Shown in pieces: positions 18,673 to 29,149 of a stretch of 64,000 nucleotides of DNA. The position numbers were made by a program, and so were the translations under genes. Origin of the DNA: Candidatus Altimarinota bacterium (GTDB lineage Bacteria > Patescibacteriota > Gracilibacteria > CAIRYL01); NCBI GenBank assembly GCA_965250085.1, contig OZ252287.1, positions 832,001 to 896,000 on the forward strand. The letters run 5' to 3'. Under the pieces are notes generated by a model. It searched no databases and had not been told where the DNA came from. It worked only from the letters and a program-made list of their open reading frames with translations. Position 1 is the stretch's first letter; the number at the start of each line of letters is the position of its first letter.

Positions 18673-19233
18673 ATGGCTCTCACTGACATCCTGCAAAAAA
18701 TTATCGAAGATGCAGAAGCTTCTGTTCAGGAATCTCTGAAAGATGCAAAAGCAAAGACAAAAGAAATTTCCAAAAAACATGATGTTCTTACTGCAGAAAT
18801 TACTGCAGAAATGCAAGCAGAGACACTTCGAAAAAAAGCTTCTATGGAGCAAAAAATTGACGCTCATTTGAATATGGAGTCTAAATCTGAAGAAGCTTTG
18901 TTGAAAACAAAAATATTGAAAGAAGTACAAAAAAAGGCGTTGCAGGAGCTCGTGGCCCTCTCTCCAGAGGAGCATCAAAAGATCCTTACGCATCTTTTGA
19001 TGTCAGTTTCTGAGGCAGGAACGGTGCATCCGGCGAAAGGCCAACGCTCTACTTTAGAAAGGGCAATGCAAAGCTCAGGTGTGTCTTATTCACTTGGGGA
19101 AGAAGCAGATATTTCTGGTGGATTTCTTTTTGTGGGAGACACTGTTGACGTCGATGGAAGTTATGAAACTCTTCTCATGAAAGAAGTATTGCCCAAAATA
19201 GAAACTGAGCTTTCAAAAATTCTTTTTCATTAA
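18673..19233 (+). CDS. ntpE: V/A-type ATPase subunit E
   Basis: MAL..I..KI..DA, ISGGF motif; operon position. Confidence 0.88.
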   Translation: MALTDILQKIIEDAEASVQESLKDAKAKTKEISKKHDVLTAEITAEMQAETLRKKASMEQKIDAHLNMESKSEEALLKTKILKEVQKKALQELVALSPEEHQKILTHLLMSVSEAGTVHPAKGQRSTLERAMQSSGVSYSLGEEADISGGFLFVGDTVDVDGSYETLLMKEVLPKIETELSKILFH

Positions 19234-19238
19234 TCTAT

Positions 19239-20225
19239 TTGACTGCACATAATTACTTAGCGGCTATTGGCAGTGTTCGTGTCTTTGAAACAAAGCTCTT
19301 TTCGGAAGCGGAAAAAGAGAAGATGCTGGGCGCCTCTTCTTTTGGAGAAGCTTTTGGAATGCTCAATGATTTAGATTTTGCTCCTTTTTTAAATGAAGCG
19401 GAGAAAACAGAAGACTTTGAAAGTGTATTACAAAGTGGTCTCCACTCAGCAAAACAAGAGCTCCAGAGACTTGCTCCTCATTCAAAAGAAATGGATGTCT
19501 TATGGCTGCAATATGACTTACACAACGCAAAAGTTCTTCTCAAATCCGATTTCCTAAAAGAAAATATTGAAGATTTTGATGAACTCTTGCTTCCATATGG
19601 CTCACAAAGCCCCGCAAAGATGAAATCACTCCATAGGGGTGAGACTTCGGAGGAAAAAGATACTTGGATTCGAATGGCGTTCGCAAAAGCTCTGCAAATA
19701 TATAAATCGTCTCAAAGCCCTCTTGAAGCTGAGCATGTATTGGATGTTGCATTTTTTGAAGCAGCATCACGTATTGCTCAGAAACAAAAAAATCGTTTCG
19801 TACTTGATTTTGTAACATCATGTATTGATCGGCAGAATATTTTGATTGCATTCCGCTTTTTGTTACGAGATAAAAGCGCAGAAAGTGTTCCATTTCTTCC
19901 TGGAGGCACCATTTCTCAACATGCTTTGAGTGATGACATGGAGCATTTTGGCACCCATCTTCCATTTGTTTGGAAAGAAGCAGTGCTTGCAGGAAAGCAG
20001 GACTTTGAAAAGACAGGAAATCTAGCGATACTGGAAAACAAACTTTCAGAGGTCATCATGGATCTTTTGGGGGTTGCTAAAGTTGTTATTGATGGTCCAG
20101 AGCCGCTGATTGCATTTTTTTGGAAAAAGCATCACAACTCTCAAATCTTACGCACATTACTTGTTGGCAAACGAGCTGGTATATCTGAAGAAAATATTCG
20201 ACATATTTTGCCAAAAGTATATTAG
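19239..20225 (+). CDS. ntpC: V/A-type ATPase subunit C (d)
   Basis: VRV.ET.L, YDLHN.K, GPEPL, RT.LVGK..G. Confidence 0.88.
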   Translation: MTAHNYLAAIGSVRVFETKLFSEAEKEKMLGASSFGEAFGMLNDLDFAPFLNEAEKTEDFESVLQSGLHSAKQELQRLAPHSKEMDVLWLQYDLHNAKVLLKSDFLKENIEDFDELLLPYGSQSPAKMKSLHRGETSEEKDTWIRMAFAKALQIYKSSQSPLEAEHVLDVAFFEAASRIAQKQKNRFVLDFVTSCIDRQNILIAFRFLLRDKSAESVPFLPGGTISQHALSDDMEHFGTHLPFVWKEAVLAGKQDFEKTGNLAILENKLSEVIMDLLGVAKVVIDGPEPLIAFFWKKHHNSQILRTLLVGKRAGISEENIRHILPKVY

Positions 20226-20230
20226 GAAAA

Positions 20231-20362
20231 AATGTCCAATTTCTAATAACTAATTTCTAATCAAGTATCAATGACTAATGACCAAATCAGAAAACATAAA
20301 TTCTTAAGCATTTTGACATTTGTCATTATTTAGAAATTAGAGCAATTAGGCATTAGAAATTC
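20231..20362. repeat. Inverted 7-mer arrays between subunits C and F
   Basis: aatgtcc aatttct aataact aatttct ... aatgact aatgacc facing gtcatt ... agaaatt ... aggcatt agaaatt. Confidence 0.7.
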
Positions 20363-20408
20363 ATAACTCACTTTTATTCATAACTGACAACCCCACTAAA
20401 TTATCACT

Positions 20409-20750
20409 ATGAAATACCGCATTGCTATTGTCGGCCAAAAAGAGGAAATTCTCGGATTCAAAGGTCTTGGGCTAGAAGTACATGATGCGGAAACTCAGCA
20501 GGAAGTGGAAGATATTCTTTTTGATCTCAAAAAAATAACGAATTCTGAAGGTGCTTCTCGTAAATACGCTATTATTTATGTTTTAGAATCATTTATTGAA
20601 AACATGGAAAAAGAAAAATATGAGCGTCTCTCTGAAGGAGCGCTTCCGGCTATTATTCCTATTCCTGGGCACATGGGGTCCAGTGGATTTGGAGAAACAA
20701 AAATTCGACGAATTGTAGAAAAAGCTATTGGATCAGATATATTTGCCTGA
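20409..20750 (+). CDS. ntpF: V/A-type ATPase subunit F
   Basis: IAIVG....LGF..LG, PAIIPIP, VEKAIGSDI. Confidence 0.93.
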   Translation: MKYRIAIVGQKEEILGFKGLGLEVHDAETQQEVEDILFDLKKITNSEGASRKYAIIYVLESFIENMEKEKYERLSEGALPAIIPIPGHMGSSGFGETKIRRIVEKAIGSDIFA

Positions 20751-20858
20751 TGAGCTCTTAGCACTTGGCTATTAGCCTTTAGAAAAAATTTCATTCTTGT
20801 TTCAAACTTTACTTATAACATCGCTAATTGCTAAAGACTAATCGCTAACTGCTACTAC
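20751..20858. repeat. Inverted 7-mer arrays between subunits F and A
   Basis: ttagcac ttggcta ttagcct facing tcgctaa ttgctaa agactaa tcgctaa. Confidence 0.7.
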
Positions 20859-20900
20859 CAAAATTACTTTCTCACTTTATAAACTTTCTAACTTCTTCAT

Positions 20901-22667
20901 ATGACAGAACAAACAGGAACCATCATTAAAGTCTCCGGACCACTTGTGGTCGCAAGCGGTATGACCGGAGCAAAGATGTACGAAGTCGTACGGGTTTCTG
21001 AAGAGAAGCTTATGGGCGAAATTATTGAACTTTCCGGAGATGAGGCATCTATTCAGGTATACGAAGATACTACTGGTATCGGACCTGGGGAAAGCGTGCA
21101 TAGGACAGGAGAGACGATGTCAGTAGAACTGGCTCCTGGACTTTTGGAAAGCATCTACGATGGTGTCCAGCGTCCTCTTGATGCTATTGAAGAAGCGTCT
21201 GGATCTGCATTTATTGCTCGCGGTATTGATGTGCCAGGAGTAAGTCGAAAAAAAACATGGGAGTTTATCCCCGTTGCTGAAAAGGGATCAAAAGTCCAAG
21301 CAGGTGATGTTTTGGGAACAGTGCAGGAAACCACTTTGATTGAGCACAAAATAATGGTTCCTCCAGGAATGTCTGGAACGCTCTCTGCTCTCGAGAGTGG
21401 AAAAAAGAAGGTAGAAGAAGTGGTTGCTGTTATTGAGGATGCTCATGGGAAAAAACACAATATCACTATGCTCCAAAAATGGCCTATTAGAGTCCCAAGG
21501 CCTGTGCGAGGGAAAAAAGTACCGACTATTCCTCTTGTAACTGGTGGCCGATCTATCGATACATTTTTCCCAATGGTAAAAGGTGGTGCTGGATGTATTC
21601 CGGGTCCATTTGGAGCTGGAAAGACAGTAACACAGCAAGCTCTTGCAAAATTTTGTGACGCCGAAGTCATTGTCTATATTGGATGTGGAGAGCGTGGAAA
21701 TGAAATGACAGAAGTACTGACCGAATTTCCTCATCTGGAAGATCCCAACACAGGAGAGCCTCTCATGAAGCGAACTATTTTGATTGCCAATACTTCCAAT
21801 ATGCCAGTTGCTGCTCGTGAGGCGAGTATTTATACTGGAATTACTATTGCTGAATACTATCGCGATATGGGCTACTCAGTAGCACTCATGGCCGATTCGA
21901 CCAGTCGCTGGGCTGAAGCGATGCGTGAAATGTCTGGACGTCTGGAGGAAATGCCAGGAGAAGAAGGATACCCTGCTTATCTTGGTTCGAGAACTGCTCA
22001 GTTTTATGAACGCGCAGGATACGTAGATTGCCTCGGGTCAGACAATCGTGAAGGTGCTCTCACTGTAGTAGGAGCTGTTTCTCCTCCTGGAGGAGACCTT
22101 TCAGAACCCGTAACCCAAAATACACTTCGCGTGACCAAAACTTTCTGGGGTCTGGATTCTGCACTTGCCTATAAGCGTCACTTCCCAGCTATCAACTGGC
22201 TCACATCATATTCTCTCTATGTAGATAATATTGAAGACTATTGGAGAAAAAACATAGCAGAAGACTATCCAGATGTTCGAAGGAAGGCCCTGGGGGTACT
22301 CCAAGAAGAGGCTAAGCTCGAAGAGATTGTAAAGCTTGTGGGAATGGAATCGCTCTCGAGTAAGGAAAAGCTTACTCTCTTGGTAGCAAAGTCACTCAGA
22401 GAAGACTTTCTTTTTCAAAACGCATTTGATCGTGAAGATGCCTATACTCCACCAAAAAAACAATATGGTATTCTCAAGTCTATTATGACACTCTCCGAAT
22501 CTGGTATGGAGGTGGTAGAACAAGAAGATTTTGATTTTAGAGATCTGCAGGCTCTTCCAGTGATTGAGAAGCTCGCCAGTGCAAAAGATATTTCTGCCGA
22601 TGAGCTTGAAAAACTTGATGCTCTGCAAAAAGAAGTAGAAACTTCTGTTTTGGGCCTCAGAAAATAA
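20901..22667 (+). CDS. ntpA: V/A-type ATPase subunit A
   Basis: [25 protein letters not shown]. Confidence 0.98.
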   Translation: MTEQTGTIIKVSGPLVVASGMTGAKMYEVVRVSEEKLMGEIIELSGDEASIQVYEDTTGIGPGESVHRTGETMSVELAPGLLESIYDGVQRPLDAIEEASGSAFIARGIDVPGVSRKKTWEFIPVAEKGSKVQAGDVLGTVQETTLIEHKIMVPPGMSGTLSALESGKKKVEEVVAVIEDAHGKKHNITMLQKWPIRVPRPVRGKKVPTIPLVTGGRSIDTFFPMVKGGAGCIPGPFGAGKTVTQQALAKFCDAEVIVYIGCGERGNEMTEVLTEFPHLEDPNTGEPLMKRTILIANTSNMPVAAREASIYTGITIAEYYRDMGYSVALMADSTSRWAEAMREMSGRLEEMPGEEGYPAYLGSRTAQFYERAGYVDCLGSDNREGALTVVGAVSPPGGDLSEPVTQNTLRVTKTFWGLDSALAYKRHFPAINWLTSYSLYVDNIEDYWRKNIAEDYPDVRRKALGVLQEEAKLEEIVKLVGMESLSSKEKLTLLVAKSLREDFLFQNAFDREDAYTPPKKQYGILKSIMTLSESGMEVVEQEDFDFRDLQALPVIEKLASAKDISADELEKLDALQKEVETSVLGLRK

Positions 22668-22703
22668 TTTTTTCATTTGTATTCATAATTTTTTTTCATA
22701 AAC

Positions 22704-24077
22704 ATGCAAAAACAGTATAAAACCGTTACCGATGTCGCCGGACCGCTCCTAATTGTAGAGCTTCCAAAAGACGCCAGTGTAAAGTACGAAGAGCTGGTAG
22801 AAATCTCTCTCCCGAATGAAAAACGGGTAAGATTGGGAAAGGTCCTTGAGTCATCAGAAGGACGTGCTGTCGTACAGGTATTTGAGTCGACATCTGGCAT
22901 TCCTGTAGAAGGAACCAAGGTGCAGTTTCTCGGAGAATCTCTCAAGATAGGAGTATCTGATCAGATGCTCGGCAGAGTATTTAGTGGAATTGGACGACCT
23001 ATCGATGGAGGAGGAGATATCATTGCTGAGCAAAAAGTAGACATCAATGGGTCATCTATTAATCCAGCATCTCGTGAATTTCCAAATGACTTTATTCAGA
23101 CCGGTATTTCTTCACTTGATGCCATGAACACACTGGTACGTGGACAGAAGCTTCCGATCTTTTCTGGAGCAGGATTGCCTCACAATCGTTTGGCTACGCA
23201 AATCGCACGTCAGGCAAAAGTGCGTGATGGAAGCTCATTTGCCGTAGTGTTTGCTGCCATGGGAGTGACTTTTGAAGAAGCGCAGTATTTTCAAAAAGAA
23301 TTTGAAAAAACTGGTGCACTTGAAAACGCAGTGCTCTTTATCAACACTGCTGCTGACCCGGTAGTAGAACGTATTGCAACTCCTCGTATAGCCCTTTCCA
23401 CAGCTGAATATCTTGCTTTTGAAAAAGGAATGCACGTACTCGTAATTCTCACAGATCTCACCAACTATGCTGAAGCACTTCGTGAGGTATCTGCGGCGCG
23501 TAAAGAAGTCCCCGGTCGACGTGGATATCCAGGATATCTCTATACCGACCTTTCTACTCTCTATGAACGAGCAGGGCGAATCAAAGGAAAAGACGGATCT
23601 GTGACACAAATCCCTATTCTTACCATGCCAGAAGATGACATTACTCATCCTATTCCGGATTTGACGGGATATATCACCGAGGGGCAATTTGTAATCGATC
23701 GAGGATTGGCGAAGTCAGGACTGTTACCTCCTGTTGATGTGCTCAAATCTCTTTCCCGCCTTTGGTCTGCCGGAGTAGGAGAAGGGAAGACTCGTGAGGA
23801 TCATTCTGGAGTCAAAGACCAACTCTTTGCCAGCTATGCTCGTGGAAAAGATGTAAGAGAGTTGGCCGTAGTATTGGGAGAATCTGCACTGGATGAAAGC
23901 GACAAGGCTCATATGAAGTTTGCTGAGCAGTACGAAGAAAAATTCATCAACCAAGGAGAATATGAAGAACGAACCATCGAGGAAACACTCGAACTCGGTT
24001 GGGAACTCCTCAAAATGATCCCCAAGGCAGATATGAAACGGGTGAAGCCAGATATGGTGAAGAAGTATATGAAGTAG
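22704..24077 (+). CDS. ntpB: V/A-type ATPase subunit B
   Basis: [36 protein letters not shown]. Confidence 0.98.
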   Translation: MQKQYKTVTDVAGPLLIVELPKDASVKYEELVEISLPNEKRVRLGKVLESSEGRAVVQVFESTSGIPVEGTKVQFLGESLKIGVSDQMLGRVFSGIGRPIDGGGDIIAEQKVDINGSSINPASREFPNDFIQTGISSLDAMNTLVRGQKLPIFSGAGLPHNRLATQIARQAKVRDGSSFAVVFAAMGVTFEEAQYFQKEFEKTGALENAVLFINTAADPVVERIATPRIALSTAEYLAFEKGMHVLVILTDLTNYAEALREVSAARKEVPGRRGYPGYLYTDLSTLYERAGRIKGKDGSVTQIPILTMPEDDITHPIPDLTGYITEGQFVIDRGLAKSGLLPPVDVLKSLSRLWSAGVGEGKTREDHSGVKDQLFASYARGKDVRELAVVLGESALDESDKAHMKFAEQYEEKFINQGEYEERTIEETLELGWELLKMIPKADMKRVKPDMVKKYMK

Positions 24078-24117
24078 TTCGGAGTCTAGAGCTTGGACCG
24101 AGGAATAAGTCAGAATT

Positions 24118-24142
24118 GTAGGGACGTGCCACAACACGTCCT
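24118..24142 (+). repeat. GTAG-type REP-like hairpin
   Basis: GTAG GGACGTG ccacaa CACGTCC. Confidence 0.6.
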
Positions 24143-24173
24143 TTTTAGGATTATATTTTTTATGAGAATTTAC

Positions 24174-24205
24174 TTGACAATAAGATTTTTATAAGTTTAA
24201 ATAAT
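24174..24205 (+). promoter_or_regulatory. Putative promoter of the four-gene module
   Basis: Perfect TTGACA at 24174 followed by an AT-rich -10 region (ttaaataat). Confidence 0.4.
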
Positions 24206-24253
24206 CTCCTTTTTAAATATACCGTGAGCTGCGAAAATAGGGTATTTACTACA

Positions 24254-25084
24254 ATGGCAAATGTAAATAAATTCATTGTAAAAGAGCTTGGATCACCTGA
24301 GAGATTTAATGGTCATGAAACGGAGCTAATCCATGAATACCAAACCATGTCTCAGAGCTCTGAGTATGAGCTTCTTCTTTCCTCTTCTCAAGAAGCTATA
24401 TCTCAAATGCGATCAGGGGAATGGAGTGAGGTTTCTCTCACAGAATTTGGAGTAACTCTGACCCAAGTATTGAGAACATACTATTACGAACGTCATACTC
24501 AGGAGCAAATGCGCACACTTCAAAAAGAATTTGCTGAGAGGGCTATTGCAGCAAATAAATACTTTTTTGTACTTTGGGAACAACTTGCTAACAAAAAAAG
24601 AGCTCAACGAGAAAAGATACATGCTCTTTCAAAAGAAACTCGTGAAAAACTGGATCAAAATCCATACCTTCTCATAACTCTCAAAGCGGTGGTGGAAGAC
24701 TTAAAAAGTGAAGGTTTTGAGCTTTTAAATCCAGAAATATTAGAAATACCAGTATCACAGGTGCTCACAAAAGGGGTCCATGTTGTTGCTGAAAACACCG
24801 AAGGTGAACAAAGAGAAGTGTGGCTCTATCTTCCTGGAGGAAAGATAAAAACAGCAGTACATGCAGCTCCAGATAAAGACTATGAAATATGTAAAACCCT
24901 CGCAAGAACTTTTGCTGAAAGAGTCGCCGAAATAATCGGAGAAGGAAGTAGAAGCTTGGGAACGCCTTTCACGGTGAGCATTGGACCTGGTAATCCTATA
25001 GGTAAGAGTTTTCAAAGAAATGAAAAGTCTGTTGCAGTGCCTCAAGTGCCCCCAGATCCTTCTCCGTCTTCTTCATCTGTATAA
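24254..25084 (+). CDS. Hypothetical helical/coiled-coil protein with a small alpha/beta C-terminal domain
   Basis: ORF 24224..25084, start placed at ATG 24254; ends 3 bp before the radical SAM gene. Confidence 0.7.
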   Translation: MANVNKFIVKELGSPERFNGHETELIHEYQTMSQSSEYELLLSSSQEAISQMRSGEWSEVSLTEFGVTLTQVLRTYYYERHTQEQMRTLQKEFAERAIAANKYFFVLWEQLANKKRAQREKIHALSKETREKLDQNPYLLITLKAVVEDLKSEGFELLNPEILEIPVSQVLTKGVHVVAENTEGEQREVWLYLPGGKIKTAVHAAPDKDYEICKTLARTFAERVAEIIGEGSRSLGTPFTVSIGPGNPIGKSFQRNEKSVAVPQVPPDPSPSSSSV

Positions 25085-25087
25085 ATC

Positions 25088-25690
25088 ATGAAAGAACAAT
25101 TTTTGAATGTAGCGGCATTTGAACCATGCACCAAAGTGCATGGTCCTGGAACAAGATTTGCTCTTTGGCTGCAGGGATGTCCTTTGAGATGTACTGGCTG
25201 CACAAATCCTGAAATGCTTGATGTGGACAAAGAAGCTCAGAGGGTATCACCTCGAGAAGTGAATGTACTCATCAGGAAAGCGATGGAATGTGTGCTTCCT
25301 ATGGAAGGAATTACTGTTATGGGAGGGGAGCCAACATCTCAAGCCGAGGCTCTCTTTCCTGTTTTAAAATATGCACAACAAGCAGGGTTGAACTCGCTTG
25401 TTTTTAGTGGATTTACACTAGGGCAATTGCGGAACAGGAGAGATCCAGCCATAGAAGATCTCTTGGGCCTCACGGACACTCTTATTGATGGTCCGTATAT
25501 TGCAGCTCTTCAAGATCCAGAGCTTATTCGTGGATCAACTAATCAGCAAATTATTCACCTTACAGATGCCTTAGAAAGAAGAGATTTTTCTCGGAGAAAT
25601 GGAGAACATTCTATCCAGATGGGGATAGGTGGTGTGAGTGTCAGTCAAAGCGGATTTTTTCCCGGCGATCTTTCTCCATCTGCCACATGA
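25088..25690 (+). CDS. Radical SAM protein, NrdG/activating-enzyme-like
   Basis: GPG.R..LW.QGCPLRCTGC.NP, GIT..GGEP, SG.T, LIDGPY, RGS.NQ. Confidence 0.9.
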   Translation: MKEQFLNVAAFEPCTKVHGPGTRFALWLQGCPLRCTGCTNPEMLDVDKEAQRVSPREVNVLIRKAMECVLPMEGITVMGGEPTSQAEALFPVLKYAQQAGLNSLVFSGFTLGQLRNRRDPAIEDLLGLTDTLIDGPYIAALQDPELIRGSTNQQIIHLTDALERRDFSRRNGEHSIQMGIGGVSVSQSGFFPGDLSPSAT

Positions 25691-28600
25691 ACCAAGCAGA
25701 AGTAACTCGGCGAGATCAGTTTGTACCAGTTGTAATTGACACACTTACTGCGTTTGATCCTGCGCTCTGTATGCATGGCGATCTGGAAGATGGAATTTTT
25801 CATGGAAATGCGAGAAGTGATGTGCGCGATTCTCTTCTCAAAAACATTGTCCGTACAGAAAGTGATGAGGCAAAGAAGTATGACTATGTGCTCGTATATA
25901 ACGCTGCTACAAAGCGTATCGAGTTTGGTGATGAACTTTGTGATTTTGAGGATGTAGATCAATACATGAGAGAGGATTTTATGAAAGAAGAAATAGTTCT
26001 CAGTAATGGAAGTCAAGATGAGGTGGGAGTTATAAATCGTCTTATTGATCCAGATATTGTGTCTCCTAGTATGAGTTCTATTCCTGACAAATCGGTTCTT
26101 CGTATGGTGGAGATGCTTTTGAAAAAAGGAAAAACAATATGCCTGGTGATAGATGAAGCGAATGAATTTATCCCCCAAGAAAACAAACAGGTATCTGCTT
26201 CGGAAAGCGTCCATAACGAGGCTCTGGTAGTTGATTTGGTACGAAAACTCAAACAACATGAAAATGCCCACCTGATATTGCTCGACAGAGCCAACACTGT
26301 GAATGGAAGATTGCAACGTGAAATACCATTCCATGCAATGCCAGCAAGTACTCGAGCAGACGTAGAAGATATTTTGAGAGATCATATTTCACCAGGGAAC
26401 CTTTCCACAGCAATTGCACTCTCAACAAGAACTCGAATTTCTGATTTGGTGAGACTCGTGGATAGAAAAGGAGGAGATGAGGAAGAGCTCTTGGATTCAC
26501 TTATTTCATTTCGTGCTCAGCAAATTGTAAAGATGGGGGGCGGAATACTTGAATCTTCAGTATCAGGTGTCGCCGATAAAGAAATCGCAATACAACTTGA
26601 AGCGAGAGAGTATTGGGAACGACTTGGAGAATCTTTTTTAAAAAATCCAGACCTCATTCCCAATGGAGTGATTATCATAGGACCTCCAGGAACCGGAAAA
26701 AGTATCATTCCCAAATGGATTGCTTCTCGACTCAAGGTTCCGTATATCAAGCTCAAAGAAATAGGTACCGAAGGACTTGCTGGCAGAAAGCTTCAAAAGA
26801 TAAAGCAAGCGCTTGAAACAATACGATCCCAAAGACCATGTGTAGTGCACATAGATGAAATAGATAAAATGTTTCCAAAAAAACAAGACCTTCAAAGCAA
26901 CAATGATGATGAAGCACGAGCGTATTTGCAAGACAGAATTTCCGACGATGAATTTATGAGTGGGGTTATACTCATTGGAACGAGTAATGACCCTGACCAT
27001 ATGGATTTTCCCATGCTCAGAAGTGGTCGATTTGGAGATATGGTAGCCATGATGCCTCCCCAAACGCTGGAGGAGAAAATACTTCATTTTAAGGCAGTAT
27101 GGCATCAGCTTCCCTCTATTGAGAAAAATGAAATACTGCTCCCTGGTGATGAGTTTATTAGAGCTCTTGTGAGCCAAACTCCTGAACATGCTACTGGTGC
27201 AAATTTTAAAGCTTTCCTCCAAGAATGTCTCAGAGAGTTCCTTCAAGATAGTTCTGATTATGCTACCTTCAACGAAGTCCTTATAAGAAAAATCTCTCAT
27301 TTTGAAAATCGATTTCCAAGAGATCCACGATATAAAGATCAGTGTGAAAAAGCTTTGAGAATGCATAACGCATTTTCTTTTCGAGAAAATAGTGAAGATG
27401 ATGAAGTTAGTACAGAAACTTTACAAATGTTAGCACTCGAAGCTGCTCAAACAGGATTAACTGATGGAGCTGAAGAGCTTCAAACCTTACTTCAGAAAAC
27501 AGATAAAGTAAGAACAGATATTCTTACAGGTGCACCAGAGTTAGAAGCACTTATTGCAAAGAAGACCTGTCTTTTGGAAGAACAAGAAGTAGCTGTAGAT
27601 GTTGCCAAAAAAGAAGAAAGTAAGCTCAAAAAAATTGTGAGCAAACTTCAAGGATCGAAAAAACAATTAGAGAAAACTCTCGCAGGCCTTAACGATGAAA
27701 TTGCCAAAAGAGTAGAAGCAGATACCGCAGAAGCAAGATCAGCAATAGAAGAGCAAGTTCGTGAAAGGATTGCTGAAGAGATGGAAAAAGTGGAGTTTGC
27801 TGAAACAGAACTTTCTGCCCTCAGAGATGAAGTCCAGGAAAAAGAGTGTGATGTTCGAGAGCTTATAGCTGACCTGGAAGCGAGATCAAAGCAACTCCAA
27901 AGTGAAGCGCAAAGATTGCAGTCTCTGTTGTCCCAAAGCGCCTATCTAGGAGAAGAACCAGATGGACTTGCAGATATTTTGGACACTATTGAAAGACTAC
28001 TTGCCGACCAAGTCGCAGGTTTGCAGCAAGCGAGAGAGGTTCAAGCATCTCTCAGGAGTGATGAAGAACAAAGAGCAGCAGATTTTTTGCTCCGAGTAGT
28101 AGAAACTGGGCAATACCTTCAGCAATCTTCAGGTGCTATGCGGAAAATATTGGATAAGATTGCCGATATCAATACTGTACGAGATACCAAAGGTAAAAAC
28201 CTTCTTATGATTGCATTGGACAGAGAAAAAAGTGATGATGATAAGCAAATTTTAGAATTTGCAAATGTTCTTTGCGAGAGGGGGCTTGAAGTGGATACCA
28301 AAGACAACAACGGAAGAACAGTTCTGATGTTAGCAGCTCGAAATTTTTTGGAAGTTACAAATTATTTACTGCTTGATCAAAACGCTTCGATAGATGCACA
28401 GGACAAATTAGGGAATACTGCTCTTATGTACGCCTCCTTATCTATGAATGCGGAAACAATTAACTTTTTAAGAAGTCACAATGCTGATATAAATAAGATA
28501 CACACTTCTGGAGACACCGCTCTTATGATATTACTAAAAAGAAAAAACGATAAAAAATTATTAATTTGTATGGACGCCTTTTTTGCATCACATGAAACAA

Positions 28601-29130
28601 TAGATGTTCTTCGCAAAGCTTTAGGTACAAGTGATATAGCCTCCTATTATGATCACATATATCAAGAAGCATCCAAATTTGGCATCAATCTATACAGATA
28701 CTGTAACGAGATTACCAGCAGAAGATCCATAGAAGATCTTTCAAATGCAAAGGAGGATACACTCTTGCAACTTTGGGACAAGAGATTTCATGTGGAAGAA
28801 CTCCCTGTTTTGGATCTGAGTATAAGAGATGGCGACAATGAATCTTGCTTTACCATTGCTCTAAGAAAACTCTCTGGTAGTAAGAAGAATGCTTATGAAT
28901 CGCTATGGCGAAGGACAGTACATGATTTAATAGATCAAGGAGCTCTAGAATTTGTACAAGCTGACCTCAGGCAACTAGTGCAAAATAATGAGTTGACAGT
29001 GATTGAATGTCTAGATAAAGAGATGCCTATTGATAGCGATGTTATACTTTCTATTTCCTCTGATCCCGATCTTGAGGAACACCTGGATGATTCAATGATG
29101 ACCGCATTAGATAATATCACATTAGCATAA
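25687..29130 (+). CDS. AAA+ ATPase fused to a coiled coil and ankyrin repeats
   Basis: Walker A GPPGTGKS, Walker B HIDEID, arginine finger LRSGRF; earlier Walker-B-like LVIDEA; ankyrin units GKNLLMIA, GRTVLMLA, GNTALMYA, GDTALMIL; ATGA overlap with the radical SAM gene. Confidence 0.9.
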   Translation: MNQAEVTRRDQFVPVVIDTLTAFDPALCMHGDLEDGIFHGNARSDVRDSLLKNIVRTESDEAKKYDYVLVYNAATKRIEFGDELCDFEDVDQYMREDFMKEEIVLSNGSQDEVGVINRLIDPDIVSPSMSSIPDKSVLRMVEMLLKKGKTICLVIDEANEFIPQENKQVSASESVHNEALVVDLVRKLKQHENAHLILLDRANTVNGRLQREIPFHAMPASTRADVEDILRDHISPGNLSTAIALSTRTRISDLVRLVDRKGGDEEELLDSLISFRAQQIVKMGGGILESSVSGVADKEIAIQLEAREYWERLGESFLKNPDLIPNGVIIIGPPGTGKSIIPKWIASRLKVPYIKLKEIGTEGLAGRKLQKIKQALETIRSQRPCVVHIDEIDKMFPKKQDLQSNNDDEARAYLQDRISDDEFMSGVILIGTSNDPDHMDFPMLRSGRFGDMVAMMPPQTLEEKILHFKAVWHQLPSIEKNEILLPGDEFIRALVSQTPEHATGANFKAFLQECLREFLQDSSDYATFNEVLIRKISHFENRFPRDPRYKDQCEKALRMHNAFSFRENSEDDEVSTETLQMLALEAAQTGLTDGAEELQTLLQKTDKVRTDILTGAPELEALIAKKTCLLEEQEVAVDVAKKEESKLKKIVSKLQGSKKQLEKTLAGLNDEIAKRVEADTAEARSAIEEQVRERIAEEMEKVEFAETELSALRDEVQEKECDVRELIADLEARSKQLQSEAQRLQSLLSQSAYLGEEPDGLADILDTIERLLADQVAGLQQAREVQASLRSDEEQRAADFLLRVVETGQYLQQSSGAMRKILDKIADINTVRDTKGKNLLMIALDREKSDDDKQILEFANVLCERGLEVDTKDNNGRTVLMLAARNFLEVTNYLLLDQNASIDAQDKLGNTALMYASLSMNAETINFLRSHNADINKIHTSGDTALMILLKRKNDKKLLICMDAFFASHETIDVLRKALGTSDIASYYDHIYQEASKFGINLYRYCNEITSRRSIEDLSNAKEDTLLQLWDKRFHVEELPVLDLSIRDGDNESCFTIALRKLSGSKKNAYESLWRRTVHDLIDQGALEFVQADLRQLVQNNELTVIECLDKEMPIDSDVILSISSDPDLEEHLDDSMMTALDNITLA

Positions 29131-29149
29131 AACACTTTTTTAAACTCCC

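Noticed and set aside
24224-25084. Gene after ntpB as ATPase subunit D
   Set aside because: Lacks the subunit D motifs (G..LLK.KR near the N-terminus, RRVNALE near the C-terminus)
25088-25690. Labelling the radical SAM gene nrdG
   Set aside because: No nrdD nearby, and it is coupled to an AAA ATPase instead
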